Origin: Mobula hypostoma
Taxonomy: Eukaryota
DNA length: 64,000 bases
Assembly (NCBI RefSeq): GCF_963921235.1
Contig: NC_086112.1
Location: forward strand, 62,992,001 to 63,056,000
Reading direction: 5' to 3'
The notes beneath the pieces are model-generated. The model did not search any database. It had not been told where the DNA came from and worked only from the letters and a program-made list of their open reading frames with translations. Position numbers and translations under genes: made by a program. Of the stretch, positions 38,894-51,300 are shown in pieces. How positions within the stretch are numbered: position 1 is the first letter of the stretch; every line of letters begins with the position of its first letter.

Positions 38894-40399
38894 CGAACAT
38901 AACCCACTGATCGATTGGTCTCTGAAGGTACTCCAAGAGTGGGGACCGGCATGCCTGTCTACCTGTCTGGGTCCAGCTCAAGCTCCATCCCATGAATCCC
39001 CTCCTGTATCAGCTACGTATTTGACGCTGTCTGGGATTCCAGCTGAATATACGGATCTCCCTGAGGTTTTCAGTAAAAGAAAGGCCACCACCCTGCCCCC
39101 ACACTGGCCATACGACTGTGCCATAGACTTCCTACCTGGTACTAGTTCTCCCTGGGGCCGGTGGCTCTTTTCCTTCTCTCGTCCTGAAATGGTGGTCATG
39201 GAGGAATACATTAAGGAGGCATTGAGCATGGGGTTTATCCGTCCATCAACCCTGTCACAACCACGGAATTTGGCAGTGCAGTAGATACAGCGATTGCACT
39301 TGTGAATTTGCATGTGTCAGCCAATTATTATTTAATCATGCTAGCACTTAACTCCATACTTGTCATCGTAGTACTTGTCGAGACTTGGACAGAGCACAGC
39401 AATGCTTCGCTGCCTGTTTGCTTTTGGCCTTCCCTGAGAAATTGGACTTTCGAGTCAACCGACTCTGAAGACTAGCGATATTCATTTAATGCTTAGATTT
39501 TTTATCAGCCGCACAGTAGGCTTTGTTTCCCATTTGAGAGTTTTAGTTTACAGCCCTATTTGACCTAGCGTTTATTGTTTATTTTCCCTTTAACACTGTT
39601 TGCATTAAAGTTTGTGAACTATCGACCTGCTTCAGTGTCTCTCACTCCACACATGGGCCATGTCTGAAACGGGTGACACCCGGAGGTCTTTGCGGGGGAA
39701 GTCAGACAGAGCCGACCGCACCTCACCTGGTAGTTGCTACAGCAAAAGCTCTCCGAAGATGTAACACGCCTGATGTCTGCCAAGGAGGACAACGTGTGGT
39801 CCATCACCTCTGACGGCTTGGCGTCGCCTACACCGGCAGTGAGAGAAGCTGGCGGGTACGCTCAGACTCGGAAAGTTCGGAAGTCTCTACAAGGAGTTGC
39901 TTAAGAGTCTCGTACCTGCCAACTTCCAAGGGTTGCTGTAGGATGCTCATCACCTTGGTTGCCGTAGAGCTATCTAACGCTGCGGCGACGTTGTAATATT
40001 CCATGTTATCTTGGGAGATTCCCCGCACTGAGAACTAGGCCTCTGCCTGAGCAAACCAAACAGCAGCATGTTCCAGCCACAATTCAGGGAGCTTGAGGGC
40101 AACGGCGTTTGCAGTCATGATTGTAAAATGGGCGAAATCACTCCGCAATCGTCCGGAGGAGCATAGGAGTCACCAGTGTAGGAGTGTTGACAAAAATCGA
40201 CACGAGTATAATTACTTCTAACATACACTTTATTGAACCCAGCAATAAATGGCGACATCATATGTGAAAAAAATCCCACCCCCAAAACGTAATAACATAC
40301 AAGGTAGCATGTAACATACATGGCAAACTTAACCCTGAACAGTCTCGGTGAATTCTGCCTAATGAAATTAACGAGTCCCTACAACATCACCTAACTTAA

Positions 40400-41420
40400 T
40401 TTTTAAGGCTGGGAAGATTTAACTGCATTGGAATACCATAAGGTTCTGTCCTTGACCATCAGTTATATGTGATCTATATTAAGCACATGGAGGAAAGGGC
40501 AGAATATAATCTAAAATTAGCTGGGAGGGTGTGCTCTACTGAGGACGTTTGTGCTTGTCAGCTGAATATGGTTGTGTTGAGTGAATGGCCAAATGGAAGA
40601 AATGCAGGAAAGGATGTCATGTACTCATGAAATACAAAGACAGACTTGTCAACATGGAGAGGTTGTAAATGAGTGAAGTATGAAGTGATCTAGATGTTCT
40701 TATGTAGGCAGGTGCAGCAAGTAATTGGGATAACAAAAAGCGTGTGGACATTTATTGCAAGGGGGCTGTGATGTTGGTGTGACTGTACATGGAATACTGT
40801 ACATAGGTGCATTCACAGGGAAGGCACACCAATCTCTTTACTTTCCGGAAGTTAAGGAAGTTTGGCTTGTCACCAAACACTCTGACAATCTTCTACAGAA
40901 ATGCTGTTGAAAGTGTCCTGGCCGATGGCATCATGGTCTGGTACAGCTATTTAAGAAGCTGCAGAGAGTATTGGGCTCAGCCCAATACATCTCAGGCACA
41001 TCCTTCCCCAGCATCGCCAGTATCTACAGGAAGGGATGCCTCAAAGATCCTTGCCATCGAGACCATTCTCACTGCTGCCATCAAGTGAGAAATACAAAAG
41101 CATGAAGTTCCAAGCTGCCTGGCTCGAGAACAACCACTTCACTTCAATCACTTGGTTCTTCAGCCAATCAGCAAAATCTTCATCACTACAGCTTAGCAAT
41201 ATATTTAACCACTTCAATCACTGCAACAAAACCAACTTTTTTTTGTTTGAGTTGTGTTCCTTCTTGTAAAAACTGTGTATAATTAATATTTAATTTACAT
41301 TTTCTTGTGAATGCTGCTTATATGATACAATATACCTGCAAACAAGTTTTAATTTTTATTGCACCCGTGCATACCTGTACTTGTGCATATGACAATAAAC
41401 TCGACTTTGAATTAGAACTT
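40400..41420 (+). mobile_element. Degenerate CR1 fragment followed by a Rex1/Babar 3' fragment
   Basis: CR1-like RT remnants run to about 40810. Then LRKLRKFGLSPNTLTIFYRNAVESVLADGIMVWY and the tail aataaactcgactttgaa follow. Confidence 0.7.
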
Positions 41421-41524
41421 TGGTTTGTCTTCTGGCTTAAGATGGTACTGGTGAATCTCAACAACTTCTGGCTGGTGGTCAATGAAACAAAGAAAGCAAC
41501 TAAATACTTTGTTAATCAATCTTT

Positions 41525-41700
41525 TTCTGGTAGATGATCAAGTGTAGGAGATGTTTGTCCCTAGAAGAGCTGGCTACCAAAATGTCATCTGGGTAAGCAA
41601 GCAGGAAAGACAAATCCCTGTGAACACTGTCCCTGAGGCGCTGAAAGGTCTGGGCCACGTTCTTCAGCCTGAATGGCATTCGAAAGAACTCAAACCCCTT
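41525..41700 (-). mobile_element. Isolated Gypsy RT fragment
   Basis: It reads GFEFFRMPFRLKNVAQTFQRLRDSV..DLSFLLAYPDDILVASSS and is related to the RT at 35640-35800. Confidence 0.8.
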
Positions 41701-42583
41701 TGGACTTGGAGGCAATTTGATGTGGCAGAACCGAGGTGAGGCAGCAAGCCTGTTGCCAAGAGTGAGGAAGACCTGAAGTTTGATCGATTTCAGCACCAGG
41801 TCGAATTGGAAAGGTTGTGTACAGGTAAATTGAGCGTATCAAAACAACATAACCAGATGTTTGGACAACAATTTAAGCATTGGCCAGACTGAAAAGGTCA
41901 GAGTATCGCAGCCCAAGGTGAGGGGTGGGCCAGTTCAGCTTGCTTCTTGGCTCTGTGCTGAATGAAGGGTCTGTGGATGGGCTCTCTTTGTGGACTTCAG
42001 TTCAGAACGCTCTTTGTTTGCATTTATCATTTGCATGAAGTTTTTTTTCTCTGCACATTGGGTGTTTAACTGTCTTTTTTTAATGAGTTTTTTGGGGTTT
42101 CTTTGTTTTATGACTGCCCGTAAGGAGACAAATCTTAAGGTTGTATAATGTATACATACTTTGATAATAAATGTACTTCGAACTTCAAACTTTAAAGAGA
42201 GGATATTGAATTGAATTGACTTTATTACTTACATCCTTCACATACATGAGGGGTAAAAATCTTTACGTTACAACTCCATCTAAATGTGCAATTTATAGTA
42301 ATTTGTAATAAATAGTATGTACAACAGGACAGTCAATATAATGCAGAAATACAATTGTATCAGCATGACTTAATCAGTCTGGTGGAAGAAGCAGTCCTGG
42401 AGCCTGTTGATCCTGGCTTTTATGCTGCAGTACCATTTCCCAGACGGTAGCAGCTGGAACAATTTGTGGTTGGGGTGACTCTGGTCCCCACTGATCCTTT
42501 GGGCCCTTTTTACACACCTGTCTTTGTAAGTGTCCTGAATAGTGGGAAGTTCACATCTACAGATGCGTTGGGCTGCCTGCACC

Positions 42584-44293
42584 TGTCATGGTCCGGTCCG
42601 TGAAGTCCACATTCCGGTTCACAGTCCGGTCCATGGACTCAGGACTCCGGGTCTTCCAGCTGTCCCTCATTTGGTTGAGTTAATCATAGGCACCTGATTC
42701 CCATCTCTAGACTTGGAATAGATGTAGCCTTGAGGTTGAGTGTGGGCTGCTGATTTGTCTTGTCAGTTCCCCTGGGAGCAACCTGCCGGTGGAAGGCTAA
42801 AGTGGTCACTTGTCACCTTTAGGCCGTGTTAGAGAACCATCGCTTCATGGAGCCTTGCTGTTGGTAGTCGGAGCTGTCTTCGCGGTATGGATTCGATTGT
42901 TTCCTGGGCCAGCTGTGGCTGCCAGCCACTCTGAGCCAGGTAGGGATCCAGCTGTTTCCATAGCCAACTGAGGTTGCTGGCCGAACTGAGACTTGGAGCT
43001 TCCCCGTAGCAGAGATGGAACTGTCTGTTGTTCTTTGGTGTTTGTCTCTTCTTGCCCTCACCTCTGTGGGGTAAGCCAGGATGTTCTGCCATTGCCCTGC
43101 GGGGGGTCTTGTCTTGTCCTCGCCTCTGTGGGGTAAGTCAGGCCGTTTTGCCGTTGCCCTGCAGGGGGATCTGTCTTGTCTTTGCCTCTGTTAGGTAAGT
43201 CCGGCCATTCTGCCGTTACCCGACAGATGGTCCTGTCCCAACTTGGTGTGGAGAAGTTGAGTCCCGGCTCTATGTCTATGTACTGTCCTGTCTCATGTTG
43301 GTGTCGTGTTAACGATGAGTCCCAGCTTTTTGAAGGACAAGTCCCGGCTCTATGTTGATGTTCAGTTCCCACTCAGTCTTTCAGCTCCAGCCTCTGAGTT
43401 ATCAGCCTCCGCATTTCAAGCCTCAAAGATCCCAAGCCAAGCTCCAAGAACCCAAGCCTCGAGGATCCCAAGCCAAGCTCCAAGAACCCAAGCCTCGAGG
43501 ATCCCAAGCCAAGCTCCAAGAACCCAAGCCTCGAGGATCCCAAGCCAAGCTCCAAGAACCCAAGCCTCGAGGATCCCAAGCCAAGCTCCAAGAACCCAAG
43601 CCTCGAGGATCCCAAGCCAAGCTCCAAGAACCCAAGCCTCGAGGATCCCAAGCCATGCTCCAAGAACCCAAGCCTCGAGGATCCCAAGCCAAGCTCCAAG
43701 AACCCAAGCCTCGAGGATCCCAAGCCAAGCTCCAAGAACCCAAGCCTCGAGGATCCCAAGCCAAGCTCCAAGGACCCAAGCCAAGCTCCAAGAACCCAAG
43801 CCTCGAGGATCCCAAGCCAAGCTCCAAGAACGCTAGCCTCGAGGCTCCCAAGCCAAGCTCCAAGAACCCAAGCCTGAAGTCCCCAGCCTCCAAGCTCACA
43901 ACCCAAGGCCCCAGCCTGCAGCCAAGCTGAAGACCCCAGACCCCAACCTCAAGCTTCAAGAGCAAAGACCCCAGCCTGTCTCCAAGCTCAGGCCTCTAGA
44001 CCCCAGCCACGTCCTGTCCTGAAGCTATGTCATGTCCTTGCCTGGTTCTGGGGTCTGAGCCCGAGGCAAGACCCAGGTTCTGGGTCCTTGTCCAGTTTCG
44101 GGCTCGGAGTCAAAGCCTTGTCTCCTAGTCCATGGTTTCTAGTCCTGGTCCCGCTTTCCCTAGCCCAGGTCTGCGTTCTTGTTCCTGCTCCTGGTCTGAA
44201 TCATGTCACGTCCCTCCTCTAGTCAAGTCCTGTTCCTTGTACTTCAGTGTCTGTGTCTCACATTTGGGTCTGTTCCCAGCACCCCTTGTGACA
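42584..44293 (+). mobile_element. Solo LTR (sushi/Gypsy type), 1710 bp, 5-bp TSD
   Basis: It has TGTCA...TGACA termini and TSD gcacc at 42579-42583 and 44294-44298. The 3' end (acttcagtgtct...catttgggtc) resembles that of the 36273 LTR. Confidence 0.85.
43417..43880. repeat. 36-bp minisatellite (gctccaagaacccaagcctcgaggatcccaagccaa), about 11 full units plus partial units
   Basis: Units start at 43441, 43477 ... 43729, then a 20-bp truncated unit at 43765, then 43785 and 43821. Confidence 0.97.
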
Positions 44294-46221
44294 GCACCAC
44301 TCTCTGCAGAGTCCTGCAATTGAGGGAAGTACAGTTCCCATACCAGGCAGTGATGTAGCCAGTTAGGATGCTCTCAATTATGCCCCTGTAGAAAGTTTTT
44401 GGGGGCCCATACCAAACTTCCCCAACCATTTGAGGTGAAAGAGGCATTGCTGTGCCTTTTTCACCACAAAGCTGGTACGTACAGACCACGTGAGATCCTC
44501 GATGATGTGTATGCCGAGGAACTTAAAGCTGTTCAACCTCTCAACCCCAGATCCATTGAGATCAACAGGGGTTAGCCCATCTCCATTCCTCTTGTAGCCC
44601 ACAACCAGCTCCTTTGTTTTTGCGATATTGAGAGAGGGGCTGTTTTCTTGACACCACTGTATCAGGGTGATGACTTCTTCTCTGTAGACTATCTCATTAT
44701 TATTTGAGATTAGGCCAATCAGTGTAGTGTCATCAGCAAATTTAATTAGTAGATTGGAGCTGTGGGTGGCGACACAGTCATGGATATACAGAGAGTAAAG
44801 GAGGGGGCTTAGGACACAGCCTGAGGGGCACCTGTGTTGAGGATCAGAGGGGCAGAAGTGAGGAAGCCCACTCTTACCACTTGGCCAGTGATCTGACAGG
44901 AAGTTCAGGATCCAGCTACACAAGGAGATATTTGTATTGATGGCATGCAGAGAAGATTCCCAATTTCTGAAATAAAAGGATAGTCCTATTTGGAATGGCT
45001 AAAGGAATTAGATGCTTATTTGTGAGTTCAGAAAAATATTGAATTTATTGAATCAATTAAGATCCTAAGGGGACAACATGGTAAGCGTTGAGATGTTTTC
45101 ACTAGTGAGTAAGTCTCAAGCAGGGGGGCTGACACAGAAGATGTATCCTGGGACAGATCAGCTATGATTGTATTGCATGGATCTTATCTATCCATAATTT
45201 TATAGACCACTTTTAGGACACCTCTCAGCCTCCTTCACTCCAAGGAAAACAATCCCAACCTATCCAGTTTCACCTTATAACACAAACCCTCCAGTTTAGG
45301 CAATGTGGAAGTTGCGGTAAAGACAATAGCCTGGGGTAGTTGTAGTCATGTGAGACATTTGAAGTGAGACATCTGCTTGTAACAAAGAAGATAGACTGGG
45401 TTGATAGATGTGAGACCTCTGTAGTGAGAGTTTAGCAGAAAGGTCTTCCTAAAACATAGCATCCCTTTACACAATAGAGGGTGCTGGAGACAGAGTGATA
45501 ACAGAAGAATGTGGAATATACCCACAACCAAGGCTCTATTGTCTTTATTAACTTCAAAATATCACTGACTGCTTGCTTGTTTTGATTGACTTTAACACCT
45601 CTATAGTGAATGGTAATTGATCTTACGAGTAAGGAATTCAAACATATACCATTTACAGTGTTCAATGTCAGTAACTGATAAGCTAATTCTGTATATAAAA
45701 AAAACATCTGACTTCAGAACAGTCTGGGTGACAGGAGTCCATGCTGTTCTCCTTGTGCAAAAGAATGTTCGAGTCATAAGAGTGCATATGTTCAGGGGCA
45801 GTTATTTTATTATGGGTGATGTTAGCAACATCCTTCTGAATCTTTTATGAACCCTCTCTAGCTTCAGGAGAGTGCTGGAGATTATTGATGCTCTGAGAAA
45901 ATAAAGTCCTCTCCACCTCCATTTGAAATGAGTGATTTATTATTTTCTTTAGAAGCTGTCCCCACCCCACCACCATTAACAGAGTATCCTCTCAGCGTCC
46001 ACCCTCTCAATCCACTTCAGAATCTTGTCAGTTTCCATTAGATCTGCACTCCGTGAGTGTGGACTCAACTTGCTCAACCTTTCTCCATGTATCATCCCGG
46101 GCATCAACCTAGTGAACCCTCTCTGCATTGCCTCCAAAGCATATCCTTCTTTATACATGCAGGTCACCAGAACTGGAATTTCCGAATATTGTTAGCATAT
46201 AAGATTCCTTAAGGTTGTCAT

Positions 46222-47005
46222 AGCCGGGGAGGTGGTGGGGATAAGCTCCCACTACCTACTAAATGCTTCCAATAGCATGCGTCTCAGATAGCCTCTCGCA
46301 ACCAAATCCAGCTCCTGGCTACACATGTGGCTTAGCTAATAAACCTGTTGGAACAGTTTCTACTGACAGGAGAAGCAGCAAAGGGTTTTTTTGTTGTTGT
46401 TGTTTAGTCATCAATTCGAGTCCAACTTTTCATGACCTCCAGGACCATAGTGTCCTTAGGGTTTTCATGGCAAGATATGGAAGTAGAGTGCCAGGCCTTT
46501 CTTTCGCGCAGAAACTGCTGCTGCCCAGGTTGGGACCCGGCTGGGTTTGAACTCAGGACCATCTGCCTTGAAGTCCAGTGCTGATGCCACTACACCACCA
46601 GCCAGCCCTAAAGGCAGGTTACTGACACCCTAAAACCATTCGCTCCGGGCAGATGGGGCTTGTCAACCATGGTTGGCAGCTCAGCTAGGAGAAGGATAAC
46701 TATCATCTCAAACCTCAGCTGCCTTGAGGCCATACCCACTCAAGGGGAAGGCTTCAGGAGTAAACTCCGAGGAAAAATTCAGAGCTGGCGTCCATAAGGC
46801 AGTCCTACATTGAGTTCAACGCTGACTGGCGTCTCATGTGATGCCACTGGTGCCAAACTGTTTCTGCTCTTCCTTTGAATTCTTCACCTGCTGCATTGGT
46901 AATAGCTCGCTCTTCATATCATACTCCCCTAGCTTGCATATTGGCTTGTGTATCATGTAAACAGCAAGGACACCACATCCATGTTTGACCCCAAACAACA
47001 GAGGG
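46222..47005 (+). mobile_element. RTE-like 5' UTR / non-autonomous retroelement
   Basis: Blocks such as ccatggttggcagctcagctaggagaagga.aact...aaacctc resemble RTE-clade 5' regions (pattern recognition only). It is split by a SINE. Confidence 0.5.
46386..46608 (-). mobile_element. tRNA-derived SINE with RTE/BovB-like (CAA)n tail
   Basis: The - strand has A box TGGTGTAGTGG and B box GAGTTCAAACC. The 3' end is ggtcatgaaaagttggactcgaattgatgactaaacaacaacaac, with aaagg on both flanks. Confidence 0.85.
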
Positions 47006-47059
47006 TCTCAAAGTTAGCATATAAATGGAAGTGGATGGTGCAACAAAGGCTCAGTATTT

Positions 47060-48080
47060 CAAAGTAAATTTGTTCAAAGTAAATTTATTATCAAAGTACA
47101 TATTTATTACCATATACTACCTTGAAATTAATCTCCTTGCAGGCATTTACAGGAAAATGAAATTCAATAAAATTTTATGCAAATCTATACATAAACAAAG
47201 ACTGACAAATAACCAAAGTGCAAAAGAAGTCAAACTTTGCATATTTAAAATAATACTGAGAACATGAGTTGTAAAGAGACCTTGAAAGTTAACCAGCAGG
47301 TCGTAGATTCAATTCAGAGTAGCGACGTTTGAAGTTATATACACCAGTTCAGGAGCCTGATGGCAAAAGAGTAATAATTGTTCCTGGACTTGGTGGTGTA
47401 GGATCTAAGGCTTAGGCTACCTGCCCAATGGTAGTAGCGAGAACAGAGCATAGTATGAACAGTGGGGTTTCTCACGATGGATGCTGATTTCTTGTGGCAG
47501 TACTCCATGTAAGTGTACTCAGTGTGGGAAGGGCTTTGCCTGTGATAGACTGGCTGTATCCACCATGTTCTATAGACTTTTCCATACCTCGGCATTGGTG
47601 GTTCCAAAGCAGGCCATAATGCAATGAGTTTGGATACTCCTCTCCATGTATCCATAGAAGTTGGTCAAAATTTTTGGTGGCATGCCAAATCTATGCAAAC
47701 TCCTAAGAAAGTAGAAGCACTGTTGTTCCTTCTTTGTGACGATACTTATCTGCTGATCCCAGAACAGATACTCTGATAGGTTAACACCAAAGAATCTAAA
47801 ATTACTTACCTTCTCTACCTTTGTTCCCCTAATGAGGACTGGCTCATGGATTTTCAGCTTCTTCCTAATGTAATTGATAATCAGCTCTTTGATTTTGCTC
47901 ATGATGAGTCAGAGGTTGTTGTTGTGGCACCACTCAACCAGATTTTCAATCTTGCTCCTACCTGCCTATTTGTTACCATCTTTGATTTGTCCAACGTCAT
48001 TGAAACGACGTTGTCAGCATACTTAAGTATGGCATTGAAACTGTACTTAGCGACACAGTCATATATATTTAGATGTGAGT
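47060..48080 (-). mobile_element. Rex1/Babar LINE 3' half
   Basis: Motifs are KIKELIINY, NFRFFGVNLS and QCFYFLRSLHRFGMPPKILTNFY. Confidence 0.85.
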
Positions 48081-48370
48081 GAGTACAATCTTGATTGGTA
48101 GAGTAACTTCAGATCCAATTATACAACCTATGAGTAAAGTATGTGAGGCAAACCCTCTGAGCTGGGCAATAAATAATAGATTTTGATTCGCAGAGTATGT
48201 AGGAAGAGAAAAATAGCAAAGACTGTTCCTTTGTCATTAAATGCTAATAATCCATTTTTCTTGGGAGTGCTTAGTGATATTTGTTCCTGTGACAATTTGA
48301 TCTAATTTCTTCTGCAATTGACCCCAGATTCAAAATGGAAGGCTCAGCCCCCACCATACCTGCTATGTCT

Positions 48371-51300
48371 TGTAACTCCAAAACATAAAACTAAGTGAAA
48401 GAAAACACAGAGCCAGGAGATGCATGTGCTTAGTTTCATTTTTACTTTAGTGAGGCACATGCTTATGACATGGTGACATAATGACGTATGCCATTCATGT
48501 ACTTCTACATATAACCCATAATTAATTATATAAACAACAAAGAAGGCTTGATCAAATAATATATTTACAATATTACTCAAATATTACTGAAATATTAAAT
48601 ACACAACACTCTTCTCTCCTCTGGGGCTCGTCCGTGATTGTTGCAGGAGTTGACTCTGGGACTGAAGGAAGTGGTTCTGACAGTTCTGGACACCTTTCTT
48701 CTCTAACAACTGACTCTGCTACTGATCAATCTGTTGTCTTCAGATAATATCAGACGCAATCTCCATTGTTCTGTCCTTAATCCTTCCAAGTACACACTTT
48801 TGATCACCTCTGTAGTCCCTCACCAGGACTGCTTGTCCAGGACATCAAACCTCCTTGTTTGAGGAACCCTCAATTTGTCTCAGCTGTTTGTCCTGCATAC
48901 GCCTTCTGAGATTGGGTTTGAAGAGATCTTAGCATGAACGTAGGAATGATGCAGGAACAGCATAGCTGGTGAGTAGTTGGTTGTGGAGTATGATACTTTG
49001 TGATATGCAAGCTGGAAATTAGCAAACTTCTGTGTCAGTGTGGTGTGTTCTGCTGATGTTCGCAGTACATTCTTTGGACTCTGGACAAACCATTCCACCG
49101 AACCATTTGTAGCTGGGTGGTACAGTGCAGATGTAATATGTCTTATTCCATTCATTTTCAGGAATGACTGAAACTGTTCTGCAAATGAACTGTGGTCCAT
49201 TATCACTGACCAAGTGTTCTGGAACACCAGTCCTTGAGGAGAGGCTTCAACAGTGGAAGCTATTTGAAACATTTCTGGCCCCTTTGTAGTTACATCTCCT
49301 ACTACCAAGAAAGATGGCAAAATCCACATGAATCCTTTGTCAGGGCAATGGAGGCCATTCCCTTGGATAGAAAGGCGCTACTCTTGGCATCTTCTGAATG
49401 TGTTGACATCCCAACCAGTACATGGCAATCTGCTGATCTGTCCCAGACATAACTTTGAGCCAACATTTTCATTTTGACCTCGCTTAGATGACCAACATGT
49501 AGCTCGTCCAACACTTTTGCTCTCAGTTTGGATGGTACAACTTTTAATCCCCACATAAGACAGACACAGGGCAAGTTCATCCCAGCACTAGTAAAGATGG
49601 GGGAGCTGGGATTTCTGCTGCACAATCCAGCCATTTTGGTTTACATGTAGATCTGAGACAGTGCAGGATCTTTTCTGGTTTTCCTTTGCATCATATCTGC
49701 CATAACAGGAAGACTTTCAATTTCAATTAGGGAGAATACGTCAAACGCAGTATCCTCTTTTGTAAATTTTTCAGGTATTTGCTTTTCCAAAGGTAATCAG
49801 GACAATCCATCAGCCTTCCAATGATTAGTTGTTCTCTTGAATTCAATCTGATAATTGTGTCCTCCACAAAACCGAGCCCATCTCTACATTCATGCTGCTG
49901 CTGTTAGGGGAAACCCCTTCTGCGAATTGAAAATGAACACTAATGGTTCATCATCAGTAACAGTAACAAGGGTAAACTCCCTCCCCTAAAGGTACTGGTT
50001 GAAATGCTTTACACCTCAAACTAGACTCAAGGCCTCTTTGTCAATCTGTGCATATTTTTCGCGGCAGCCATAAAGGAACGTGATGTAAAGGCTATAGGGC
50101 ATTCACTTATGTTACACATAACATGTGATATGCATCTATACCACAACGCAAGGTTTCACAGGCAAGCTTCACTGAACAATGTGGATCACAATGTGTGAGT
50201 ACAGTGTCTGATGTCACCATCTCCCTTACCTTTTGGAAAGCCACCTCACACTGCTTGTCCATTGCCATTTCTTCCCGATCTCTAGCAATGAGTTCAAGGG
50301 TGAGCGCAGGAACCTGTTATAATAATTGACAAATCCTAAAAAGGACTGCAACTGTAACACATCCTTTGGCCTTGCGACATCCACCACTGCTTGAATTTTC
50401 TCAGCATACTTGTGTAATTCTTCAGCATCAATGGTGTAACCACAGTAAGTGATGCTTGGCTTAAAGAATTTACACTTGTTACATCATGATCTGAGCTCAC
50501 AATCTTCTAATCTATTTAACGCCACATTGAGGTTTTGGAGAACTTCCTTGTCGTCCAGGTATCACTGAGTGCCGAGGTGGTCTTGCAGCACCTGATTCAT
50601 AGCGATCTGTTAGAGTGCAGGTGCAGATGTTCCTCCAAAAATAAATCCATTATAGTGATAAAGCCCTTTGTGAGTGTTTGGACTCATCTTTCATTTTTAT
50701 TTGCACAGTAAGTAGGCCTCAGTTAAGTCCACTTTGCTGAAGTGTTTTCTTCCAGAAATATTGCAAAGATATCCTCCATCCTGGGCAGAGAGTATTGCTC
50801 TACTTTCTGTACTGGGTTGATGGTAACCTTAAAATCACGAGAGATCCTGACAGACCCATTCTTCTTGGCTGCTGGGACCACTAGTGTTGCCCATGGGCTC
50901 CCTCAAACTAGAAAGAATTTTTTACAAAACTTGGCCTTGATATTTTTGAGTTTTCCTTTGCCACCATGGAATCCCTGTGCGGTCCATTTATTTTTGTCTG
51001 CCCAACATGTTATTTTTATGTGACACACACAAAATGCTGGTGAAACGCAGCAGGCCAGGCAGCATCTATAGGAAGAAGTACAGTCAACGTTTCAGGTTGA
51101 GACCCTTCGTCAGGACTAACGGAATAAAGAGATAGTAAGAGATTTGAAAGTGGGAGGGGGAGGGGTAGACCCGAAATGATAGGAGAAGACAGGAGGGGGA
51201 GGGATGAAGCCAAGAGCTGGGAGCAGGATCTCCCAGTGGCCACACATTATAATTCCACATCCCATTCCCATTCTGATATGTCAATCCATGGCCTCCTCTA

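Larger units (their letters stand above)
36273..39678 (+). mobile_element. Nested sushi-like (PEG10/RTL-related) Gypsy element, truncated at the start of RT
   Basis: LTR copies lie at 36273-36699 and 39253-39678. The interior has gag, a zinc-knuckle remnant CIYCGDPGH, protease AFIDSSAAGNLMD and RT start YDCAIDFLPG..EEYIKEALSMGFIRPS. Confidence 0.93.
33407..40383 (-). mobile_element. Gypsy LTR retrotransposon (Mag-like), both LTRs present, degenerate gag-pol, protease region missing
   Basis: LTRs 33407-33619 and 40177-40383 run TGTA..TACA, with 4-bp TSD acat and PBS-like tggtgactcc. Gag reads VALKLPELW..WFAQAEA; RT reads WRLCGDY and VYLDGILI; RNase H and integrase remnants follow. Confidence 0.93.
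42206..44925 (-). mobile_element. Rex1/Babar LINE (RT C-half to 3' tail), interrupted by a solo LTR
   Basis: Motifs are GCVLSPLLYSLYIHDC, IKFADDTTLIGLI, KTKELVV and FKFLGIHI. The tail is (caatt)n at about 42206-42218. Confidence 0.92.

Noticed and set aside
43417-43880. CRISPR-like array (36-bp repeats with internal palindromes)
   Set aside because: The units are directly tandem with no unique spacers, there are no cas genes, and the array lies in a eukaryotic LTR.
46540-46608. tRNA gene
   Set aside because: It has A and B boxes but no full cloverleaf, and it continues into a LINE-derived tail, so it is a SINE head.
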